Shown here: piece after piece, positions 17,777 through 26,322 of the stretch
Position numbering within the stretch: position 1 is the stretch's first letter
Layout of the letters: each line of letters begins with the position of its first letter
Source: Ignicoccus islandicus DSM 13165
GTDB lineage: Archaea > Thermoproteota > Thermoprotei_A > Sulfolobales > Ignicoccaceae
Length of the DNA stretch: 32,000 nucleotides
Assembly (NCBI RefSeq): GCF_001481685.1
Contig: NZ_CP006867.1
Location: 150,001 to 182,000 of the forward strand
Reading direction: 5' to 3'
Made by a program: the position numbers and the translations under genes
The notes under the pieces: model-generated
Databases searched by the model: none
Seen by the model: the letters and a program-made list of their open reading frames with translations, nothing else
Told to the model about the DNA's origin: nothing

Positions 17777-18573
17777 ACGTAGATAAGGCGTTCCACTTGA
17801 TTAGCGGCCTCCTCTTCGTTTCAGCGGGAATCGCCTTAACCTTAGATATAAAAGTTCCACTTAGCTTTGACCCTAAGCTGCTGTTGGGCTTGCTTTTAAT
17901 AGCGATTGGTGTGAGCATTGCCTTCGGCGCTTCGTTAGGTAGCGCCCTAGTATTCGGGTTATCCCTATTAGTTCTGCTCCTTTCCATTTCAAGTCTCTCG
18001 TTCCCGTTCGAGTTCAACGTTAAGGGCTCGACCCTTTCATCGAAAGGGAACGTAACTAATTGCGATGGCTTAAGCGTAAAGGCAATTCTCTCAAAAATGC
18101 GAATATTAAGTGGGAACTCGACCGAATACTTGACCGAGGGACCGAGCGATCAAGTTCTATTGAACGCTTGTTCCCTTCGCTTTTGTTGTTCCAACACTTC
18201 TCTGGAAATAGGAGACTTAAAATCGCTCGATTTAGAACTAGTTATGAGTTCCTTACGAGGCAACGTGAACAAGTGCTTAGGAGAGCTCCGAGTAAACTCA
18301 GTAATGAGCGATTCCTCCTTGGAACTGGAAATACCTTCCAACTGTAACTCGGAAATCCGCTTGGAATCCGTGATGGGATCCATTAAATTGAAAGTGATCG
18401 TTCCTAACGGAACTAAAGTGAAATACTCTCTTTCGGGCGCTCTCGGTGAAGCAGTAGTGGAGACCCCCGAAGGAGCTAGTAGTATTGGAGAATTCGGGGA
18501 AGGGAGCAACGAGGTACTCATTCGAGGCAAAGCGTCCCTCGGGGAAATTCGTGTCCAAATCCAACGCAAGTAA
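17773..18573 (+). CDS. Membrane protein with N-terminal TM segments and beta-rich C-terminal domain (LiaF / polymer-forming 'toast-rack'-like architecture)
   Basis: GTG start; three hydrophobic helices in aa 1-75 followed by a repetitive beta-strand pattern (VNSVMSDSSLELEIP..., IRLESVMGSIKLKVIVPNGTKVKYSLSGALGEAVVE). Confidence 0.6.
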   Translation: MNVDKAFHLISGLLFVSAGIALTLDIKVPLSFDPKLLLGLLLIAIGVSIAFGASLGSALVFGLSLLVLLLSISSLSFPFEFNVKGSTLSSKGNVTNCDGLSVKAILSKMRILSGNSTEYLTEGPSDQVLLNACSLRFCCSNTSLEIGDLKSLDLELVMSSLRGNVNKCLGELRVNSVMSDSSLELEIPSNCNSEIRLESVMGSIKLKVIVPNGTKVKYSLSGALGEAVVETPEGASSIGEFGEGSNEVLIRGKASLGEIRVQIQRK

Positions 18574-18716
18574 ATTTATTCGGTTTAACGTAATTACCGA
18601 AAGCGCAGATGTGGAAGGATTATCGATGCGATCAGATGAGCGGCGGGAGTACGACCGAAGCGTTCTCCGGTATTTATTATCCTAGTGAGCCATTCGAAGT
18701 TCCTTAGGGAGTAAAC

Positions 18717-18935
18717 GTGTCCCTTAAGGAGGTTAGAAGTCCAATACTGAAGAGCGTGGCCAAGATCGCTCTTCAGGAGCTCGGTGCCCAAGTAATAATT
18801 CCGGAAATGGAGATAGAGGGCAAGAAGGTAATTGGGGTAGGGATAAAGGGAGACGTAGCTTACGTAGTTGAGCCTAATGGAATGGAGAAAGAGCTAAAGA
18901 AGGTGTTAAGAGTTAAGAAGGTGATTGAACTATAA
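18717..18935 (+). CDS. Small protein (72 aa), possible partner/antitoxin of the adjacent PIN gene; paralogue of 19389-19646
   Basis: GTG start. Its C-terminal 47 residues (ELGAQVIIPEMEIEGKKVIGVGIKGDVAYVVEPNGMEKELKKVLRVK) are identical to the second small ORF. It ends 5 nt before the PIN ORF. Confidence 0.6.
   Translation: MSLKEVRSPILKSVAKIALQELGAQVIIPEMEIEGKKVIGVGIKGDVAYVVEPNGMEKELKKVLRVKKVIEL
18776..18917 (+). repeat. Perfect 142-bp direct repeat, copy 1
   Basis: Identical base by base to 19478-19619 (offset 702 bp). Confidence 0.95.
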
Positions 18936-18940
18936 GGGTA

Positions 18941-19426
18941 GTGTTCGATACCAGCGCCCTCTTTAAAATACTGCTTAAGAGCCCCCAGTGCATTGTAGAA
19001 CTGGCTAAGTTCTGCGATCGCGAGGAATGTTGGGTATCTAGAGGTTCCGTTGACGAAATGGTTAACGAGGTAGTAGAGAAAATGGTAAATTGGATGTTCG
19101 GAAAGGCGAAAGGAGACAGTGGAATGGAAAAGTTCAAGAGGCTTTGCATCAACGCAATAACGAATTCCGTCCAATTCCTACTAGTTGCCCGTGTAGGGGA
19201 GGGGGAAGCTCCCCGAGACGAGATATCGGAAGATATAGAAAGGAAGTTAAGATTAAGGGATGAGAACGATTTGCATTTGCTAAGGCTAGCTTTCGAGAAA
19301 TCGCCGTGTACTTTGGTTTCGGATGATAAAGACCTGCTAGATTTATCTGACGAATTGAAGAGGAAAGGAATAGAGGTGAAGACGACAGATGAGTTCCTTA
19401 GAAGAGTTTGCCGAGGAACTGATTGA
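18941..19426 (+). CDS. PIN-domain (VapC-like) putative ribonuclease toxin
   Basis: GTG start; MFDTSALFKIL (first Asp), SVDEMVNEV (Glu), RDENDLHLLRLA (Asp), TLVSDDKDLLDL (Asp). This is the canonical PIN acidic pattern. Confidence 0.75.
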   Translation: MFDTSALFKILLKSPQCIVELAKFCDREECWVSRGSVDEMVNEVVEKMVNWMFGKAKGDSGMEKFKRLCINAITNSVQFLLVARVGEGEAPRDEISEDIERKLRLRDENDLHLLRLAFEKSPCTLVSDDKDLLDLSDELKRKGIEVKTTDEFLRRVCRGTD

Positions 19427-19646
19427 GGAACTGCGCGATAGAAAGAGGAAACTCGGTGAAGCCAAGAAGAGGCTAACGGAGCTCGGTGCCCAAGTAATAA
19501 TTCCGGAAATGGAGATAGAGGGCAAGAAGGTAATTGGGGTAGGGATAAAGGGAGACGTAGCTTACGTAGTTGAGCCTAATGGAATGGAGAAAGAGCTAAA
19601 GAAGGTGTTAAGAGTTAAGGAAGTAGTGCTAGTTCCGGTTCGCTAA
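19389..19646 (+). CDS. Small protein (85 aa), paralogue of 18717-18935, overlapping the 3' end of the PIN gene
   Basis: Distinct charged helical N-terminus (MSSLEEFAEELIEELRDRKRKLGEAKKRL) fused to the same 47-aa module; 38-nt overlap with the PIN gene. Confidence 0.6.
   Translation: MSSLEEFAEELIEELRDRKRKLGEAKKRLTELGAQVIIPEMEIEGKKVIGVGIKGDVAYVVEPNGMEKELKKVLRVKEVVLVPVR
19478..19619 (+). repeat. Perfect 142-bp direct repeat, copy 2
   Basis: Identical to 18776-18917. Confidence 0.95.
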
Positions 19647-19838
19647 GTCCAATTACTCTAAACGATTCGTCTCGGAACATAGCACGTGCCTTCAACGTTT
19701 CTCTAATACTTAATTCGTTCAAACGCTCCGATTAATATTCGCCTAAGGTTACTTGGAAATACTTTAGACGGTGCGACCGGTCTAACTGGTGACAATTATA
19801 ATCTCCTTATCCAAATCTACTCTCTGGTGTGAGGTCTA

Positions 19839-20573
19839 ATGAAAAGAGTCGCCACCTTGTTCCTTATTCTAGCATTAGGACTGGCGTACGCTCAAACTGA
19901 GAACGTAACTAACACGTGCGTGCCCTCAACTACAACTATAATAGTAACTTCCATCCAACCAGTTACTAGCGTTGTAACGCAAAACGTTACCACGATACTT
20001 TACAAGACATTTACTATCCCGACTACCATAGTTTCAACCGTTACGAAGAGCGTAATTTCTACTATAACAACAACCGTAAGTACCGTGACCACGATATTCT
20101 CATCCTCTGTAAAATTCGTAACTGTAACGATTACAGTGCCTTCTGTAACTACTACGGCGATTACTAAATACATACTCACTACGACTACTATAATTCTTCC
20201 AACTACCATCTATGAGACCGTAACTAAGACAACTACTGTAACCGTAACCACGGTCCTATCGACCGTGAAGACTTTAACTACGACCCTCGTTACTACCGTT
20301 ACTTCCTATATACCGACCTACGTAACAATGTGGTTGACCTCGACCGTTACGGACGTAATAACTCATAGCGTAACTGAAACGGTTACGACAACGTTATACA
20401 AGGCATTGACCTTAACTACCACCACTACTGTGATAAAGGAAGTAACTGACGTCGTAACGACCACCATAGAAAACAGTGGTAGCGTAATAGTCCCACTCGG
20501 ACTAGGTGCCCTCCTAGTAATAGTTCTGGCCGTATTAGGCATAATATTCAGAACGGTTACTAAGGGCGAATAA
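19839..20573 (+). CDS. Thr/Val-rich surface protein with signal peptide and C-terminal TM anchor
   Basis: Signal MKRVATLFLILALGLAYAQ, about 190 residues of Thr/Val/Ile-rich quasi-repeats, C-terminal VPLGLGALLVIVLAVLGIIF followed by a basic tail. Confidence 0.75.
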   Translation: MKRVATLFLILALGLAYAQTENVTNTCVPSTTTIIVTSIQPVTSVVTQNVTTILYKTFTIPTTIVSTVTKSVISTITTTVSTVTTIFSSSVKFVTVTITVPSVTTTAITKYILTTTTIILPTTIYETVTKTTTVTVTTVLSTVKTLTTTLVTTVTSYIPTYVTMWLTSTVTDVITHSVTETVTTTLYKALTLTTTTTVIKEVTDVVTTTIENSGSVIVPLGLGALLVIVLAVLGIIFRTVTKGE

Positions 20574-20590
20574 CGAGCCTATTTTTAAAC

Positions 20591-21022
20591 TTAATTCTGG
20601 GTGTTTTCGTTAATCTTACACTTATTATCTATTATAACGCTTTTCACTTCCACAAGCTCTCCACTGTTCGTCATAACGCTTAAACTAAGTCCCACGTAGG
20701 ATTCGTTACCTAAGGGCTTGAATAAAACGTCAACTTCCTTCCTTTCGAATGGGTTTAAATATATTGACGATTGCGATGACATCGAAAGGTATTCTACTCT
20801 GTTAACCTCGCTCTCGAAGTCTACGTAAACTGTCCGATTGGTTGGATTGCATAACTCTATGCGTATCTCGCACGTACCGTTGGATTCGAGGGACTGGAAA
20901 TTGAAGTAATTGCACGATTTCATTAGAGCTATTTTCTTTACTAACTTGATCTCTAAGCTAATGTAGAGGAGCAGCGCAATTAAGAGTGCTACTCCGAGTC
21001 CCAGAAACACTCCATTTCGCAT
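20591..21022 (-). CDS. Single-pass membrane protein with small extracytoplasmic domain, unknown function
   Basis: 143-aa ORF; N-terminal TM helix (GVFLGLGVALLIALLLYI), beta-rich domain with three cysteines. Confidence 0.55.
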   Translation of the reverse strand: MRNGVFLGLGVALLIALLLYISLEIKLVKKIALMKSCNYFNFQSLESNGTCEIRIELCNPTNRTVYVDFESEVNRVEYLSMSSQSSIYLNPFERKEVDVLFKPLGNESYVGLSLSVMTNSGELVEVKSVIIDNKCKINENTQN

Positions 21023-21294
21023 TCCCTTTCGTCCCTCGTCTCACAACGATTCGCGCGCTCTAAACATTCAACGACGTTCGCAACCCTACCTATTAGTTTA
21101 TCTAGCTTCTCCACGTCCCATTGCTTTCTTAAGTCCCTCCAGTTAACCCTTAACCCCTCGCTCTTTAGCAACCTAATTGCCTTCGATACTAAGGTTCTTC
21201 CTTCACTATCTAATGATCCATATCGATCTATATGCTCACGCGCTTGAACTAGCAAGCTCAGAGCTTCCCTTAACCTCTTGGATTTCGCTTTCAA
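20989..21294 (-). CDS. Hypothetical protein (101 aa), Cys-containing C-terminus
   Basis: ORF between taw3-like and 20591-21022, overlapping both ends on the same strand. Confidence 0.5.
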   Translation of the reverse strand: MKAKSKRLREALSLLVQAREHIDRYGSLDSEGRTLVSKAIRLLKSEGLRVNWRDLRKQWDVEKLDKLIGRVANVVECLERANRCETRDERECEMECFWDSE

Positions 21295-21811
21295 TTTTCC
21301 TCTCCAACAACTGTAATTTCTTTTTACCTTCTAATAGAACTTCGTTTAGGACCTTAAGTACTTGGTCCAGCTTCGAGACGTCTAGAACTACTTCGTTGCC
21401 GACTTTAGCCAAGACGTTCGCTCTAACGCCGGTGGTTAGTTCAACTACCCACCCCTCTTCGTTAACTGAGAGTATACCACTATGTTTGAAACCTGCTTCC
21501 CTAGCCATTTTTATTATCTTCATTGCTGCATCGAAGTCCTTCGCAACAGCGTGAATTATGGGACCCATGACGTTTATCCAGAGCCTTTCAGTTATAGGTC
21601 TATTAAGAACCTGCTCCAACTCGGATATCTCCATAGGTCTGTGAACCTTGAATATTATCCTCCCTTCTCGAGACCACGGATACTGAGCGTCTATAGCAAC
21701 TATTCTTCCAGAGCAACTAGACTTCGTGAAAGCGTAGGGTAAGCGAAAGAACTTTTCGATTAAGTCAATAATGTCCCTGTCCATGTACCCTATTTCGATG
21801 TCTTCCTTCAT
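21236..21811 (-). CDS. taw3: TYW3/Taw3-like tRNA wybutosine-synthesis methyltransferase
   Basis: FFRLPYAFTKSSCSGRIVAID, AMKIIKMAREAGFKHSGILSV, TGVRANVLAK are TYW3 family motifs. Confidence 0.85.
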   Translation of the reverse strand: MKEDIEIGYMDRDIIDLIEKFFRLPYAFTKSSCSGRIVAIDAQYPWSREGRIIFKVHRPMEISELEQVLNRPITERLWINVMGPIIHAVAKDFDAAMKIIKMAREAGFKHSGILSVNEEGWVVELTTGVRANVLAKVGNEVVLDVSKLDQVLKVLNEVLLEGKKKLQLLERKIESEIQEVKGSSELASSSA

Positions 21812-21862
21812 TCTCTCATATGCTCTGCGCTTAGCTTCTTCCCAAGGAATTTCCGAACACCC

Positions 21863-22207
21863 CTAGAGGTTTTCTAGTAACTTCGAGAGTTGATTAATCG
21901 ATTGTTCGGTAATATCTCTCAATCTGATGAGAGCTTCGTACATATCGCTGGTATCGGGTTCTTCAATGCTCAAGTTACAATTGCTTATCTTATATAGTTT
22001 CGGTTCGCCTTCATCGAGTACTATCACTCCAGCGCTCGTCCTAATTCCAGTATAACAAGCTTCTATGCTGCAAGTTTTACCCAACTTGACGCATACCCTT
22101 TCAAGTAACTTCAGCCTATTGGCCTCCCTCATTAGTTCAGCTAATTCCTTCCTCAACCTATCTCTTCTTTTAACGAGTTCGTTCCTCAATTCCTCAAAGG
22201 TCCTCAA
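21863..22207 (-). CDS. Hypothetical protein (114 aa) with N-terminal coiled coil
   Basis: ORF collinear with 22209-22484 and 21236-21811; N-terminal charged helix and four cysteines. Confidence 0.5.
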   Translation of the reverse strand: MRTFEELRNELVKRRDRLRKELAELMREANRLKLLERVCVKLGKTCSIEACYTGIRTSAGVIVLDEGEPKLYKISNCNLSIEEPDTSDMYEALIRLRDITEQSINQLSKLLENL

Positions 22208-22208
22208 G

Positions 22209-22484
22209 TTACCCTTTATCTCTTCTATTAAGTCTCTTACTTGAGCTAAGCTCCCTCACCCTCTTAATCATGGCGTAAGCGGTGGATAAAGCTAGAAGCG
22301 GGTAAGCTAGGGCAATTAGTGGTTCGAGGCCCAGTAAAAGGTGGATCGTAATAGCTATGGCAGACCACGTGAGCCAGAAGGAGAGAACCTTTTGTTCGAA
22401 AGCCCTTAACCCCTTAGTAAGGAAGTATGCCGAAACCGAAGCAATTAGAGGTGGTAGGAATAACATTGATAGGTCTCGTAACAC
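22209..22484 (-). CDS. Small integral membrane protein (91 aa)
   Basis: Three hydrophobic segments with a basic C-terminus. Confidence 0.45.
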   Translation of the reverse strand: MLRDLSMLFLPPLIASVSAYFLTKGLRAFEQKVLSFWLTWSAIAITIHLLLGLEPLIALAYPLLALSTAYAMIKRVRELSSSKRLNRRDKG

Positions 22485-22552
22485 TTCCGTATCCCCCGGG
22501 CTTTCGAATAGTTAGAGGTAGGCTGTAACTATATCTTAAACGGTGTATTGAG

Positions 22553-22747
22553 ATGGAAGTAAAGAAAATTCTGGAAATGGAGTTAGATAAGTTGGAGGAG
22601 GAAATAGAGTACTTGAGGAACAAGATAGCTCTATTGAAACCAATAGCAGAGGAAGACGAGGAAGCGAAGCTCGATTTGATAGGCTCGCAAATTCTACTTA
22701 ATCTCTATGAGCAAGATAGAAGGAAAATAGCTTCCATGCTTGCTTAA
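22553..22747 (+). CDS. Small coiled-coil protein (64 aa)
   Basis: MEVKKILEMELDKLEEEIEYLRNKIALLKP...; ATG start, 35 nt upstream of purP on the same strand. Confidence 0.5.
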   Translation: MEVKKILEMELDKLEEEIEYLRNKIALLKPIAEEDEEAKLDLIGSQILLNLYEQDRRKIASMLA

Positions 22748-22782
22748 TTCCCGGTTCCCGCTTTCTTTAAGGGGGAACCTTT

Positions 22783-23883
22783 TTGGACGTAGTTTCGAAA
22801 GCCCGGGAAATAGCTAGGGAATATAGAGGGAAGCCCTCAATAGCAGCTTTAGCTAGCCACTCGGCACTGGACTTATTCGACGGAGCCAAGGACGAAGGTT
22901 TCAGAACGATAGCCCTATGCAAGAGAGGGAGGGACGTAGCATACAAGAGGTTTAGGAGGGTAGTTGACGTTTGCATAGAGCTAGACGACTACAAGGAAAT
23001 TTTATCCAAAGAAGTAATGGAACGATTAATAGAGGAAGAGGCCATATTCGTACCAAACAGGAGCTTCGCCGTCTACGTGGGATATGACGCTATTGAGAAC
23101 GATTTCATCGTACCTATGTTTGGAAACAGGTTCATGTTGAGATGGGAAGAGAGGACGGGAGAGAAGAACTATTACAAGCTATTGGACAAGGCTGGTATAA
23201 GGAGACCAAAGGTCTTCGGTAGTCCGGATGAAATAGATAGACCAGTAATAGTGAAAGTACCCGAAGCCAAGAGAAGGGTTGAAAGGGGCTTCTTCATAGC
23301 AATGGACAAGGATGACTATTATAAGAGAGTTGAAGAACTCCTCAAGGCGGGCGTAATAGACGAGGAGGGACTAAAGGAAGCCGTAATAGAGGAATTGGTG
23401 CTAGGAGCTCACTTCAATTTGAACTACTTCTATTCGCCGCTATACGATGAGGTAGAACTACACAGCGTTGATAGGAGGTTGCAAAGCGATCTCGATGGAT
23501 GGCTAAGACTCCCGGCAAGGGAACAACTGCAATTAAGAGGTCAACCTAGAATGATAGAGGTCGGCCACATACCGACTACCATTAGGGAGAGCTTGCTTCA
23601 CAAAGTATTCAAAATGGGAGACGTGTTCGTAGAGGCCACTAAGGAGCTAGAGCCTCCTGGAGCAATAGGGCCATTCACCTTGCAAGCAATGGTTACTCCG
23701 GATCTAGAGTTCGTAGTGTTCGACGTAGCTCCGAGGATAGGAGGAGGTAATAACGTCTACATGGGTATTGGCAGCCAATATAGCAAGTTGTACTTCGGAG
23801 AACCCATTAGCTTAGGAAGGAGGATTGCAATGGAAGTGAGATGGGCTTTCCAAGTTAAGGAAGTTGACCTAGTAGTTAGTTAA
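22783..23883 (+). CDS. purP: PurP: formate-dependent FAICAR synthetase (archaeal purine biosynthesis), or a PurP paralogue
   Basis: [30 protein letters not shown]-grasp-like core, [34 protein letters not shown]-like [14 protein letters not shown]. Confidence 0.88.
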   Translation: MDVVSKAREIAREYRGKPSIAALASHSALDLFDGAKDEGFRTIALCKRGRDVAYKRFRRVVDVCIELDDYKEILSKEVMERLIEEEAIFVPNRSFAVYVGYDAIENDFIVPMFGNRFMLRWEERTGEKNYYKLLDKAGIRRPKVFGSPDEIDRPVIVKVPEAKRRVERGFFIAMDKDDYYKRVEELLKAGVIDEEGLKEAVIEELVLGAHFNLNYFYSPLYDEVELHSVDRRLQSDLDGWLRLPAREQLQLRGQPRMIEVGHIPTTIRESLLHKVFKMGDVFVEATKELEPPGAIGPFTLQAMVTPDLEFVVFDVAPRIGGGNNVYMGIGSQYSKLYFGEPISLGRRIAMEVRWAFQVKEVDLVVS

Positions 23884-23917
23884 ACTCTTGACCAAATAGT
23901 TAACGGGGGGTTGGGAC

Positions 23918-24154
23918 GTGAAGGAGTTCGATCTCACTACTCAATCAGCCGTTTGCGGCGACATGGTTTCTAATCTAGCTATGGTTGCGCAAGAGCTAGA
24001 GCCGGGCGAGGAAGCTAAAGTTAAGATCCCAAAGGAATACGAAAAGGAAATTGAGATATACAAAGACATGTTGAAAATGCTGGACGTTGAAATAGAGGAA
24101 ATCTCTAAGGAAGGGGACGAAATAATATTAATTTTGAAGAAGCTACCGAAGTGA
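23918..24154 (+). CDS. Small protein (78 aa), possibly TusA/SirA-like fold
   Basis: GTG start; CGDMVSNLAMVAQELEPGEEAKVKIP...VEIEEISKEGDEIILILKK resembles the beta-alpha-beta-alpha-beta-beta TusA pattern. Weak assignment. Confidence 0.45.
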   Translation: MKEFDLTTQSAVCGDMVSNLAMVAQELEPGEEAKVKIPKEYEKEIEIYKDMLKMLDVEIEEISKEGDEIILILKKLPK

Positions 24155-24775
24155 AAGCACTTCCCAACGAGGCTCTCCATTAGAGCTCATGGGTTTCCAG
24201 TCAGGTCCCAGCGGTTCACTTGAAAAAACGTTTCCCTTCCTCCAAATTACGTGATAAGGGTCCCCTAAGTGATGGTTGTAAACTACGAACTTCATTTCGG
24301 AAGGTACTAGAGCTATGAAGTTGGCGGATGGCGTTGGCTTTATTCTCTTACTGAGTATATTTACCGCTCTCTCCGTGCCTAGACGCGAAACTAAATTGCC
24401 TAAGAAGCAAGCCAACCTTTCGCTAGAGCTTCTAAAGGCGAGGTTTAGGTCTTTGATAGCTTCTAATGGGAGAGCTACGCCGCCGTTATGTGCCATTACC
24501 ACTCCGTTACAGACGTGAGGCTGTAAGTGATCAATAGATCTCCCCAACTTCTCGGCCCTTCTAGCGTGAACTAAGAACGCTATACCTTCCGGTAACCTAG
24601 TTGGTCTCTCCCAGATGGGGTACAGAGTTTTGAAGACCCTCAGTTGGCCCCTGGAATCGATTACTGCGTATCCCCAGCCATCGGGGTTGGGTTTCCCCTT
24701 AGAGTCCCTTCTAGCTATTTTTACGAATTCGGAAAGATAGCGAGGCTTTCCTAAACCGCCGAGGAGTCGACACAC
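24143..24775 (-). CDS. Class II glutamine amidotransferase family protein
   Basis: MCRLLGG with catalytic Cys2, NPDGWGYAV, LVHARRAE, QPHVCNGVVMAHNGGV. Confidence 0.85.
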   Translation of the reverse strand: MCRLLGGLGKPRYLSEFVKIARRDSKGKPNPDGWGYAVIDSRGQLRVFKTLYPIWERPTRLPEGIAFLVHARRAEKLGRSIDHLQPHVCNGVVMAHNGGVALPLEAIKDLNLAFRSSSERLACFLGNLVSRLGTERAVNILSKRIKPTPSANFIALVPSEMKFVVYNHHLGDPYHVIWRKGNVFSSEPLGPDWKPMSSNGEPRWEVLSLR

Positions 24776-24816
24776 TGTATTATCTCCTTGAAACGGGCGT
24801 ATAGTTGGAAGTCAAA

Positions 24817-25347
24817 TTAAGGTTGTTGAGGCGTTTCATCCATATCCATTGATACCTTCAAGCCATTTATCTTGAAGAATTTGGTTGTAACTAAGGGTAA
24901 GGTCGATTTCACTCCTTCTATCTCACCTATTTCCCTTATCAATCGGAGCAATTCCTTGTGGTTCTTTATCCATACTTCGGCTATTATCGAGTACTTGCCA
25001 GTAACGGCGTACACGTTAACCGTTTGAGATAACTCAGCTATTTTCTCAGCGACCTCTTCAATCCTCTTAGGCTCGACCTCTATCATGAGTTGGACTACTG
25101 CGTTGTAGCCGAGCTTGTAAGGGTTGACTATGGCCGTGTAGAACTCTATTACCTTGTTCTCTTCGAGCCTCTTTATTCTCCTCCTGCTGGCTACGTCGCT
25201 TATCTTTAATTTGTGGGCTATGTCGGTTGTAGTGGTTTTAGCGTTCTTTACTAGAACTTCAATTATGGCCTTATCTTTATCGTCTAGGATAGAATTCTTG
25301 ACGAACCCTATTTCTAAGTCTTTCTGAAGGCGCTTATGGAGAGTCAC
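24817..25347 (-). CDS. Lrp/AsnC-family transcriptional regulator
   Basis: N-terminal HTH (LDDKDKAIIEVLVKNAKTTTTDIAHKLKISDVASRRRIKRLEENKVI) and RAM/ACT-like C-terminal domain. Confidence 0.85.
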   Translation of the reverse strand: MTLHKRLQKDLEIGFVKNSILDDKDKAIIEVLVKNAKTTTTDIAHKLKISDVASRRRIKRLEENKVIEFYTAIVNPYKLGYNAVVQLMIEVEPKRIEEVAEKIAELSQTVNVYAVTGKYSIIAEVWIKNHKELLRLIREIGEIEGVKSTLPLVTTKFFKINGLKVSMDMDETPQQP

Positions 25348-25544
25348 GTTGTATCCCTATTTTTACAGCGTAAACAAAGATTTAATGGTTTTCGCTTACC
25401 ACACAGTTAACTGCGTTAGCCCACCTATCCGTATTTATTAATAAACGTGGTTCTGATCTCCAAGTCAGTTTGGAAATTAAATTAACAAATCGTATCTAAC
25501 TACCAATAGTTACTACCGTTGAATGAAACCCTTGAGTTAGGATA

Positions 25545-25555
25545 ATTTATAAATA
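25545..25555 (+). promoter_or_regulatory. Probable TATA box for the 25633 gene
   Basis: ATTTATAAATA about 80 nt upstream of the ORF start in an intergenic region. Confidence 0.4.
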
Positions 25556-25632
25556 ATAGCTCGATGAGGACGCCCTCCGCTAAAGGGAAGGAATATAGCG
25601 TTCCTTCAAATAAGGTTTGAGGGGACCTAGGC

Positions 25633-26316
25633 TTGGAGGGAGGCTACATAGACTTCGAGGAAGGTAACAAGACCGAGGCAAGCATTGCTGAAATAAACTT
25701 GATAAACACCATAGACGAGATGCTCAAACAATTAATGGAGGAGAACAGGCTAATTTACGTTAACGCTCCCAAGCTAGTCAACATGACTCCCGAAGACGTG
25801 GATTCAGTAGTTAAAGAAGTTAGGAACGTGAAGGAGTCAATAGAGGACTTAAAGGATAGGGCCATGGAATATTTAGCTAGACTACCTTCCGAGCTCATAA
25901 TGAAGGACATATTCGGGCCGATAATACTTCGATTAAACAACGTTAACCAACTAATGGAGGGTTCCTTCTACAGATTCGCGCTCCTCAATAAGAAGAGGAA
26001 GGCCTCTAACTCGCTGGTGGTCAATACTAGGGAACTAGTTGGACTCGTTCTAGACCAACTGAGCGTGTTCTCGAAAGCTCTCAAAATAATGAACGACTAT
26101 CCTAAGGAGGCCTTAAAGGAATTGAGGAAAATAGACGAACTGGAAGACAAGATAGATACGCAATACAGGTCGAACTTATACGAAGTTCTAGAAGAGTCGA
26201 AGGACTGCCCGTGCGCGATACTGACTTGGGAAATACTCGGTAATATAGAGGACGCGTCGGACGAAATAAAGGAGGCTGCCGAGAACTTCAAGTACTACTT
26301 GTTGCACAAGGTGTGA
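25633..26316 (+). CDS. DUF47/PhoU-like protein
   Basis: All-helical, with paired ELRKIDELEDKIDTQYRSNLYEVL...ILTWEILGNIEDASDEIKEAAE, typical of DUF47/PhoU-like proteins. TTG start with GAGGGG upstream. Confidence 0.7.
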   Translation: MEGGYIDFEEGNKTEASIAEINLINTIDEMLKQLMEENRLIYVNAPKLVNMTPEDVDSVVKEVRNVKESIEDLKDRAMEYLARLPSELIMKDIFGPIILRLNNVNQLMEGSFYRFALLNKKRKASNSLVVNTRELVGLVLDQLSVFSKALKIMNDYPKEALKELRKIDELEDKIDTQYRSNLYEVLEESKDCPCAILTWEILGNIEDASDEIKEAAENFKYYLLHKV

Positions 26317-26322
26317 GAAGTA

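Noticed and set aside
18150-18569. Antisense ORFs (18150-18569, 18298-18564) and plus alternate frames (18060-18347, 18485-18685)
   Set aside because: They overlap the 17773-18573 membrane protein, with compositions typical of shadow frames.
18860-19174. Minus-strand ORFs 18860-19174 and 18913-19152
   Set aside because: Antisense to the PIN gene and repeat copy 1; the PIN frame has clear active-site residues.
18776-19619. Direct repeats considered as ends of an insertion sequence or CRISPR-like unit
   Set aside because: Only two copies, within coding sequence, no transposase, no terminal inverted repeats and no regular spacers. Gene duplication or conversion fits better.
20000-20209. Valine-rich 69-aa minus ORF (VVVVSMYLVIAVVV...)
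   Set aside because: Reverse complement of the Thr/Val repeat region; a low-complexity artefact.
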